Part shown: positions 57,049 to 64,000 of the stretch, piece after piece
Position numbering within the stretch: position 1 is the stretch's first letter
Layout of the letters: the number at the start of each line of letters is the position of its first letter
Assembly (NCBI GenBank): GCA_049903315.1
Contig: JBNGBT010000003.1
Coordinates: 64,001 to 128,000, forward strand
DNA from: Candidatus Cloacimonadota bacterium
GTDB lineage: Bacteria > Cloacimonadota > Cloacimonadia > JGIOTU-2
Length of the DNA: 64,000 nucleotides
Direction of reading: 5' to 3'
Program-made: the position numbers and the translations under genes
Notes under the pieces: generated by a model
Database searches by the model: none
The model's input: the letters and a program-made list of their open reading frames with translations, nothing else
Told to the model about the DNA's origin: nothing

Positions 57049-58290
57049 ATGAAAAAAATATTCCTTATTGCACTTATACTATTATGTGCAGGCATGTCTT
57101 ATGCTGAAACCTTTAACATTGATAAGGTAATTCAGCTCGGTCTGGAAAATTCTTACGATATCACAAACCAGATCTACACACTGAAGAAATCAAAGCAAAG
57201 TCTCTACTCATCGTTTCTTGACGTCTTACCCAATGCATACTACTCGATTTCAAATACAGAAACTGCCAACTCAACTTCAAAATCCGGAAGTATCAGTATT
57301 ACTGAAACTGTGTACAGCGATGATTACCGTTATTTCAATATCACGGGTAATCTTTCGTCTCTGAGAAAAAGTAAGATCGATCTTGAGATCACAAGAAAAA
57401 ATCTCATCTATAATATCATCTCATCCTATCTGGATGTGCTTCTCAAGGAAAAACTATATGATGTTTCTAAAATGGCGCTGAAAATCGCAAAGATGAATTA
57501 TGATGAGACAAAAACTCTGCGAACGTACGGCAAAGTTTCCGAACTCGATATGCAGCAGGCAGAAATTGATCTTTCAAGTGCTCAGATCGATTCATTGAAA
57601 TCCGAATATAATTACGAGAACAGTAAGATGGATCTGTGCTTTCTATTGAGCATTGATTATGATGAAAACGACACATTTGCAGAGCTTGATTATGCGTTTA
57701 CTGAAAACCAGACATTCAATCTTGAAATTGATAAAAATCTTACGGTTAATTCATATAAAGAAAGCTTGAAGCAGTCTAAGCTGAATTATGTTCAGAATTG
57801 GTTGGAGTTCATTCCTACACTGAGTTTTTCTGTGAATAAAACACTGCCCTGGGAAAAGAGCGGCCTTTTTGATTTTGATTCGAAAAGTTCTCCTATTCAG
57901 TATACACTTGCACTCTCTTATCCTCTGCTTAATCCATTGACAAATCTACCCACAAACAAATCATCACACTATAGTTATAAGCAGGCAAAACTTTTGTATG
58001 AGCACAAAAAGAAGGGAGAACAGCAGGATTTTATGCAGGCAGTAAAGAATTTCAACCAGCTTCAAAAGAGCTATGAACTTGCTAAAAAGCAGGAAAATCT
58101 TTCCGAGATGCATTTCAATCTTGTAAATGAAAAGTACCGACTCGGGCAAGCAGACCTGACCGAGTTGGAAAACGCCCGACAGGAAAGATTTAAAAGTATG
58201 AGTTCTACGATAAGCCATTATTATTCTCTCATTATGGCTCAGGAAAATATTCATCTTATTACAAACGAAAAATTGTTAAATAGATATTAA
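57049..58290 (+). CDS. TolC-family outer membrane efflux protein
   Basis: Signal peptide and two helical repeats (YGKVSELDM.QAE, YRLGQADLTELENA). Lies next to an MFP gene. Confidence 0.8.
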   Translation: MKKIFLIALILLCAGMSYAETFNIDKVIQLGLENSYDITNQIYTLKKSKQSLYSSFLDVLPNAYYSISNTETANSTSKSGSISITETVYSDDYRYFNITGNLSSLRKSKIDLEITRKNLIYNIISSYLDVLLKEKLYDVSKMALKIAKMNYDETKTLRTYGKVSELDMQQAEIDLSSAQIDSLKSEYNYENSKMDLCFLLSIDYDENDTFAELDYAFTENQTFNLEIDKNLTVNSYKESLKQSKLNYVQNWLEFIPTLSFSVNKTLPWEKSGLFDFDSKSSPIQYTLALSYPLLNPLTNLPTNKSSHYSYKQAKLLYEHKKKGEQQDFMQAVKNFNQLQKSYELAKKQENLSEMHFNLVNEKYRLGQADLTELENARQERFKSMSSTISHYYSLIMAQENIHLITNEKLLNRY

Positions 58291-58301
58291 GGCAGGTAAG
58301 T

Positions 58302-59432
58302 ATGAAAAAATTTGTATGGATCATAATCATTGTTGTCATCATTGTAGTAGTAGTTGTATCTGTGACAGGTAAAAAGAAGACAACTCAGCAGGAAGGCGGC
58401 AAAAAAACGCCAACTGCAGTTGCTAAGATAGATGATATCTCAATTGTGCTTGATGAAGTGGGAGAGATTAGACCGGTTAAGGAAGTCAATGTAAAATCAA
58501 AACTGAGTGGACGCATCAGTAAAATGTTCGTGGAAGAGGGTGAGAATATAAAAGTGGGTGATATCATCGCAGAAATAGAACCCGATATGGCTCAGGCACA
58601 GACCCTTTCACGCATTAAAAGCACTCTCAAAACAACTGAGATCAATCTAGAGAATGCCCAGAAAGATTATGATTCCAGCAAAGAGCTTTACAATAAAAGT
58701 CTTATCTCCGATGAAGAGTGGCGTGATGCACAGAATGCACTTAAGCTTTCGCAGATCAGCTATGATTCTGCACTGGAACAATATAAACTCGTTGAAGAGA
58801 TCGGGATAACAGAAACCAACATGAAAGTCACCGCCCCTGTTTCAGGAATGATAATTCATAAGGATGTAGAAGAAGGTGAGATGGTCGTTTCCAGCGAGTC
58901 TTATTCCGGCGGGACAGTGCTCATAACCATTGCAGATCTTTCTCAAATGATCATTCTCACGGATATCAATGAAGTGGATATTGGCAAGATCTCTCTTGGA
59001 AGAGAGGCAAAGATCACTATCGATGCTTTTCCGGATAAGAAATTTAATGGTGAGATCATACATATATCACCAATGGCAGCGATTGGGAATAATAATATTC
59101 GGACATTTGAAGTGAAGGTTTCTATCGAAGATAATTTGAAAGAACTTCGTCCGGGTATGAGTGCAAACGTCACCATTATCGGTAAAACAAGAAAACAAGT
59201 TGTGACAATCCCCATACAGGCAATATTCCAGGATGAGAACGGCAATGATGTTGTCTATATAGTAAAATCAGACACACTTATCTCATCTGCTATTGTAAAA
59301 ACCGGCATCAATGATCTACAGAAAGTAGAAATTCTTGAAGGTATTGCTGAAGGTGATACAATCTCTTTAGTAGAAAAGTATGATCCAAGCCAGAATAGTG
59401 CAAACACGAGACGAAGATTTGGAATTCATTAA
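58302..59432 (+). CDS. Efflux periplasmic adaptor (MacA/HlyD-like)
   Basis: VKSKLSGRI...VEEGE.IKVGD lipoyl halves, APVSG, IADLS, VDIGKI and LRPGMSA. Confidence 0.9.
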   Translation: MKKFVWIIIIVVIIVVVVVSVTGKKKTTQQEGGKKTPTAVAKIDDISIVLDEVGEIRPVKEVNVKSKLSGRISKMFVEEGENIKVGDIIAEIEPDMAQAQTLSRIKSTLKTTEINLENAQKDYDSSKELYNKSLISDEEWRDAQNALKLSQISYDSALEQYKLVEEIGITETNMKVTAPVSGMIIHKDVEEGEMVVSSESYSGGTVLITIADLSQMIILTDINEVDIGKISLGREAKITIDAFPDKKFNGEIIHISPMAAIGNNNIRTFEVKVSIEDNLKELRPGMSANVTIIGKTRKQVVTIPIQAIFQDENGNDVVYIVKSDTLISSAIVKTGINDLQKVEILEGIAEGDTISLVEKYDPSQNSANTRRRFGIH

Positions 59433-59467
59433 TAATTCACACATATAAATGTAGAGGAAAAAAACTG

Positions 59468-60922
59468 ATGAAAAAAGTCGAATTCACTTTGAATAATCTA
59501 GATGAAGTCTTCCCCGACGACTTCACTGAAGAACAGAAAGCTCGGGCGAAAACAATTTTTCTAAAAAAACTCGCTGAATTATCCCACCGTTTTTATAATG
59601 GTAAAATACAGACTGTGCCGAAAGCCGCAGTTTTTGGTTTCAACTGGTTCAATGTGTGGTACACCCCAGGCGTGTCTAAAATATCAACAGCTATTCGTGA
59701 TGATAATGACACTTCTTTTGAGCTTTCAAACAGAGGTAATCTCGTTGCAGTGGTGAGTGATTCAACACGTGTGCTGGGAGATGGTGACTGTACTCCTCCG
59801 GGAGGGCTCGGAGTTATGGAAGGAAAAGCATTTCTGATGAAATATCTCGGCGGTGTTGATGCTGTGGCACTTTGCGTGGATAGTTATAATGACAAAGGTG
59901 AGCACGATCCAGACAAGATCATCGAATTTGTCAAGATGTGCCAGCCCAGCTTTGGAGCGATCAATCTGGAAGATATTTCTCAGCCGAATTGTTACAAAGT
60001 GCTTGATACACTTCGTGAAGAATGCTACATTCCTGTATGGCATGATGATGCCCAGGGTACTGCCTGCGTAACGCTCGCGGGTCTTATCAATGCACTGAAA
60101 CTTGCGGGCAAGAAGATCGGAGATGTCCGAATTACTATGCTCGGCGCAGGTGCTTCCAATACAACGATCGCCCGAATAATCATTGCTGCCGGCGGCGACC
60201 CGAAGAAGATGATTATGTTCGATTCCAAGGGCGGACTGCACACAAACAGAGAAGATATCAAAGCCGATAAACGGTTCTACCGCAAATGGGAACTCTGTGA
60301 AAAAACTAATCCCGGCAAGATAAATGATATTGCGGAAGCCTGCAAGGGCGCTGATGTGCTTATTGCTCTTTCCAAACCGGGTCCCGACACAGTAAAGCCC
60401 GAGTGGATCAGGTCGATGGCTGAGAAATCAATCGTCTTTACCTGCGCGAATCCAGTGCCGGAAATATACCCCTACGCTGCGAAAGAAGCAGGAGCATTCA
60501 TCGTCGCAACAGGGCGTGGTGATTTTCCGAACCAGGTGAATAATTCAATCGGATTCCCCGGTATTTTAAAGGGTGCGCTCATGGTTCGTGCACGAAAGGT
60601 GACAGATGAGATGGCGATCGCTGCAGCATATTCTCTTGCAAACTATGCGGAGAAACGCGGCATTGATCCAGAAAATATTGTTCCTACAATGGATGAAGCG
60701 AATGTCTTTCCGGAAGAAGCCGCCGATGTCGCAATGCAGGCTATTAAAGATGGTGTTGCCAGAGTAACAATGACCCGGGAAGAAGCCTTCAATATAGCAA
60801 AAAGAGATATTGAACATGCCCGAAAACTCACAGCTTCACTTACTGAGAATGGTTTTATCAAATCCCCTGACCAGGACATGCTTCAGGATGCGCTCAAATG
60901 GGCTATTGGGCAGGTTCAGTAA
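59468..60922 (+). CDS. NAD(P)-dependent malic enzyme
   Basis: YTPGV, VMEGKA, INLEDI, HDDAQGTA, GAGAS, ANPVPEI and ATGRGDFPNQVNN. Confidence 0.93.
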   Translation: MKKVEFTLNNLDEVFPDDFTEEQKARAKTIFLKKLAELSHRFYNGKIQTVPKAAVFGFNWFNVWYTPGVSKISTAIRDDNDTSFELSNRGNLVAVVSDSTRVLGDGDCTPPGGLGVMEGKAFLMKYLGGVDAVALCVDSYNDKGEHDPDKIIEFVKMCQPSFGAINLEDISQPNCYKVLDTLREECYIPVWHDDAQGTACVTLAGLINALKLAGKKIGDVRITMLGAGASNTTIARIIIAAGGDPKKMIMFDSKGGLHTNREDIKADKRFYRKWELCEKTNPGKINDIAEACKGADVLIALSKPGPDTVKPEWIRSMAEKSIVFTCANPVPEIYPYAAKEAGAFIVATGRGDFPNQVNNSIGFPGILKGALMVRARKVTDEMAIAAAYSLANYAEKRGIDPENIVPTMDEANVFPEEAADVAMQAIKDGVARVTMTREEAFNIAKRDIEHARKLTASLTENGFIKSPDQDMLQDALKWAIGQVQ

Positions 60923-61060
60923 AACACTTACTCAGATTTCGCGGTAGATATCATTAAAGATTAATATAATGTTTTGTGTAATACTCAAACTGAAATTGAA
61001 TTTCTAATTACAAATATCTAATTTCTAATAGAATATCAAATAAGAAATGACAAATGTTAA

Positions 61061-61243
61061 ATAGAAAAGGATTTCGAATATAAAATAGGTATTTGCAAAA
61101 AGTGGGCTAAAGATTCAATACATTTGTTAGGGATGTTTTTAAAAGCAGTTCAACAATTACAGGAAGAAGCAAAAATTTATTGGTAAAAAGCTAACGGGGT
61201 AAATTTAATTTTTTCATCAATTGTAATTAAATCAAGGAAGAAT
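61061..61243 (+). pseudogene. Truncated four-helix-bundle (23S rRNA IVP-like) gene remnant
   Basis: Manual translation gives IEKDFEYKIGICKKWAKDSIHLLGMFLKAVQQLQEEAKIYW*KANGVNLIFSSIVIKSRKN, which resembles the C-terminal half of four-helix-bundle proteins. It has an internal stop and no N-half, and is flanked by 7-nt-period repeats. Confidence 0.65.
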
Positions 61244-61316
61244 TTTTTTTTTTTTGGCATTTAAGTTTTAGTTTTAATTTGTAATTAGAAATTTGGATTT
61301 AGGAATTATTTTATGT

Positions 61317-61733
61317 TTATTCTTCCTTCACAACAACAGTTCCTGCAATAAGGTCATGAAATCCCTGGTGCTTTTTTGTAAAAAGAATGAGAAGTATTCC
61401 CAGTCCTCCAAAAAGGATGGAAAATATTTTCACAAAAAATCGAACAAAAGCTCTCATAAAAGTAATCCTTGCGTCGTCATGACTGTCCTGCACCCGGATG
61501 CCAATGAGCATTTTTCCAAAAGTACCCTGAAGAGGAGAGCATTCTAACGTACATTCATAAAGGATGATAATGATTATGTACATAATAATGTGTGTGTCAA
61601 ATATAAAACCCCAAGCATCTTGAAAGAAGATGCAGAATTCATCACACAAATAATAGAGTATTATAAGGAAGGGGAGATCAAGTACGAATGCGGCGAATCT
61701 TCGAAATATGCTTGCGTAAATTACTGTGCTCAT
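61317..61733 (-). CDS. RDD family protein
   Basis: YASIFRRFAAFVLD, QGTFGK.LIGIRV and KHQGFHDLIAGTVVV. Confidence 0.9.
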   Translation of the reverse strand: MSTVIYASIFRRFAAFVLDLPFLIILYYLCDEFCIFFQDAWGFIFDTHIIMYIIIIILYECTLECSPLQGTFGKMLIGIRVQDSHDDARITFMRAFVRFFVKIFSILFGGLGILLILFTKKHQGFHDLIAGTVVVKEE

Positions 61734-61840
61734 TCTCTCTCCATAAAATCAAACTCATATTATTTTCCTTTTAGACCACCGTCAATCATTGCTTTATTGT
61801 TTATATACCAGATAGATAAAGTTTAAATTCTTTGTCAAAT

Positions 61841-61871
61841 AAAAAACGGCTCGAGGATGAACCCGAGCCGT
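61841..61871 (-). terminator. Rho-independent terminator after the FadL-like gene
   Basis: ACGGCTCG...CGAGCCGT stem with a U-tract on the minus strand. Confidence 0.75.
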
Positions 61872-61893
61872 AGAGACAGAATTAAATTTTAAA

Positions 61894-63168
61894 TTACATT
61901 AAGCCCATTCCAATAGCAAGATTGAAAGCAAAGATGTCGAGTTTGTGCTTACCGGGCATATTATGTGTGGATAAGGTTACATCACGTTCTTTACCCATAA
62001 GATATTCAAAACCGAGATCAATATCAAATTTACCAGCGCAGAAACCAAGTCCGCCAGTTACAACATTGTTTGTGGAGGAAGGGAAAAGGATTGTAAGAGT
62101 TTCATCCGGAGCCGGTGCGGGATCATAATAATAACCTGCACGAACGGCTAATTTCTCACTCGCCATGTATTCAAGACCGAAGCGTAACTGAGTACAATCT
62201 TTCCAGTCAAGAACAAAAGTGTCGTCACCTGTTGCTGCAGTTACAGCTTTCCAAACTGGATCTTTGAAATCAGTGTGGAATTCTTTTTCGCTTTTTGCCC
62301 ATTGACTATATTGTGCATCAGCAGTAATGGTCAATTTATCCATTGGCTTTACCGCGATACCAAAAGCTGCCCAAAGAGGCCATGCAACATCGCGATCAAA
62401 ATCAGTAGTTGCGAGTCCACCCTGTGCTTGCATGAGTGCATTTTCAGCTTCACCACTCATGGTAACTTTGATTTCCGTACGTGCACTCACGCCAAATTGG
62501 ATCATGTCTGATAGTTTGCAGAGCAATCCACCGGAAACACCAAAGCCAGTACCGGTTGAAGATTCTGTATATTGAACCCCATGAAGACCAGTAGAGTCAG
62601 TATAGGTGGAAGGTCTTTTCATATCAAACATACCATAGAAGATATTACCTGTGAGTCCAAATGAGAACATGTCGTTGATCTTGTAGGCAACTGTGGGTGC
62701 AATGTCAATCACGGCGATCTTGGACATCCATTCGAGATCTCCACCGGAGATGGGAATAAGATCTGCGCCCTTATACTCGGCACCGAGACCAGCGGGAACA
62801 AAGATACCCAGACCGAGAGCAAGTTTGCCCATATTATAATTTGCGAAGAGATTCGGGCTTGCATAGTTATTTGCTTTAGTTTTTGCGTCAATAACGAAGT
62901 AATCAGGGGGATATCCGAAATCGGATGAATTTGCTTTGTAAGTACCGAATGGAATAATATCGGTACCAAAGGCATAGAGTGAGGAATTTTGTCCTGCCAA
63001 ACCTGCTGGATTCCAATAGATTGCAGTCGGGTCATCTGCAAGACCCACCATTGCTCCACCCATTCCTAATGCTCTTGGTCCTATGCTGTTCAGGCTGAGA
63101 CCATTTGCAAAGAGTGAAGTTACTGAGAAGATAGTAACGAGAAAGAGAACTAATAGTCCTTTTTTCAT
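61894..63168 (-). CDS. OmpP1/FadL-family outer membrane transporter
   Basis: Signal peptide, RALGMGGA..GLADDPTAIYWNPAGL hatch motif, and LRFGLEY...VRAGYYYD. Confidence 0.9.
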   Translation of the reverse strand: MKKGLLVLFLVTIFSVTSLFANGLSLNSIGPRALGMGGAMVGLADDPTAIYWNPAGLAGQNSSLYAFGTDIIPFGTYKANSSDFGYPPDYFVIDAKTKANNYASPNLFANYNMGKLALGLGIFVPAGLGAEYKGADLIPISGGDLEWMSKIAVIDIAPTVAYKINDMFSFGLTGNIFYGMFDMKRPSTYTDSTGLHGVQYTESSTGTGFGVSGGLLCKLSDMIQFGVSARTEIKVTMSGEAENALMQAQGGLATTDFDRDVAWPLWAAFGIAVKPMDKLTITADAQYSQWAKSEKEFHTDFKDPVWKAVTAATGDDTFVLDWKDCTQLRFGLEYMASEKLAVRAGYYYDPAPAPDETLTILFPSSTNNVVTGGLGFCAGKFDIDLGFEYLMGKERDVTLSTHNMPGKHKLDIFAFNLAIGMGLM

Positions 63169-63397
63169 ACCTACTCCTTTCATTATTTTGATATAGGTTA
63201 TTCGAAAGAAAAATTCCCTAAAAATTTGTCAATAAATTTAGTTTCATTAAATTTCTGCTTATGTGTAAAATAGCTGAATATTATACCAAGAATGCAATAG
63301 ACGAAAAAAAGAGCTAATATTTGACAAGCAAAAAGCTGTTTCTTTAGGTATCAAAGGTGTCCAAAAATTTATAATTGAAAGAGGATAGGATAAAACT

Positions 63398-63796
63398 ATG
63401 ATAACAAAAATAAATCATATAGGAATTGCTGCTCGAAATCTTGATGAAGCGATAGAAACGTATAAAAATCTTGGATTTTCCATCATAAACAGAGAAATTG
63501 TTTCATCTCAGAAAGTGGAAGTGGCAATGATACAAATTGGAAAAAACTACATTGAGCTTCTCCAACCTACTGCGGAAGACAGCCCTATTGCAAAATTCCT
63601 TGAGCACAATGGACCCGGTATCCATCATCTCGCAGTGAGAGTCGATGATATTGAGAAAACATTACTCGAGTATGAGAAAAAGGGAATTCTAATGATCGAT
63701 ACGGTTCCACGCGAGGGTGCACACGGCACCAAAATTGCCTTTGTTCATCCAAAATCTACCAATGGAGTTTTACTCGAACTTTGTATGAAAGCTTAA
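63398..63796 (+). CDS. mce: Methylmalonyl-CoA epimerase
   Basis: INHIGIA, IELLQP...SPIAKFL...GPGIHHLA.RV and GAHG.KIAFVHPKSTNGVLLEL. Confidence 0.9.
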   Translation: MITKINHIGIAARNLDEAIETYKNLGFSIINREIVSSQKVEVAMIQIGKNYIELLQPTAEDSPIAKFLEHNGPGIHHLAVRVDDIEKTLLEYEKKGILMIDTVPREGAHGTKIAFVHPKSTNGVLLELCMKA

Positions 63797-63842
63797 GAGT
63801 GAGGAAAGAAGAGGGGATGCATTTCGTTTCAAATGTATTATA

Positions 63843-64000
63843 GCACACAGATTCGCGCTGATGAAGCAGATGAACGCTAAAAAATTTTATCTACGTTTAG
63901 TAGATAATGTTCCTGTTGATAAATCTCATTTCTTAATAAAAGTTGAAATATTTTAAAAAGCAAATTTATTATCGGCGGGAATCAGTTCTATCTGTGCTTA
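63843..64000. repeat. Intergenic imperfect palindromic element (CAGAT/ATCTG units), probably cut by the window end
   Basis: GCACACAGATTCGCGCTGATGAAGCAGATGAACGCT ... ATCGGCGGGAATCAGTTCTATCTGTGC. Confidence 0.45.

Noticed and set aside
61243..61255. T13 homopolymer as a phase-variation site
   Set aside because: It lies at the end of a pseudogene between convergent genes, so no functional target is evident.
1..64000. CRISPR array, rRNA, transposase or prophage genes
   Set aside because: I found no regularly spaced repeat-spacer series and no recognisable genes of these kinds by eye.

Overview
This is an AT-rich bacterial chromosome segment from an anaerobic diderm. Several secreted proteins end in a 'NYPNPF...IYNxKGQLV...GIYFYKL' sorting domain. 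Together with the gene content, this suggests Cloacimonadota or a related FCB-group lineage, which is an inference only. From left to right the window holds: two GT2 glycosyltransferases; secreted and unknown proteins; a CWC/flavodoxin/TtcA-like operon; a TPR-GGDEF cyclase; a metal(loid) cluster (mntP, ArsR with a palindromic operator, ArsP-type permease, thioredoxins, CcdA, CDF); an HNH fusion protein; htpG; an Mla/Mce-type operon whose ATPase has lost its catalytic motifs; a radical SAM protein; a C25 gingipain-like protease; and tRNA-Ala(GGC). The centrepiece is a ~16 kb minus-strand run (27859-44073): sucCD - two-subunit fumarase - four-subunit 2-oxoacid:ferredoxin oxidoreductase - hdrCBA - mvhD - soluble fumarate-reductase-like FeS and flavoprotein pair - mvhGA - maturation protease. 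It links a methanogen-type electron-bifurcating hydrogenase/heterodisulfide reductase to the fumarate-succinate-2-oxoglutarate segment of the TCA cycle. The right third carries an M14 carboxypeptidase, two tandem paralogous secreted proteins, a CPBP protease flanked by a duplicated promoter, TPM/TolC/MFP genes, malic enzyme, a FadL-type porin and methylmalonyl-CoA epimerase. Small repeat-flanked cassettes (GxxExxY and four-helix-bundle types, intact, decayed or empty) sit in several intergenic spaces. I saw no CRISPR array, rRNA, integrase or transposase. All family calls come from motif recognition by eye, with no database searches.
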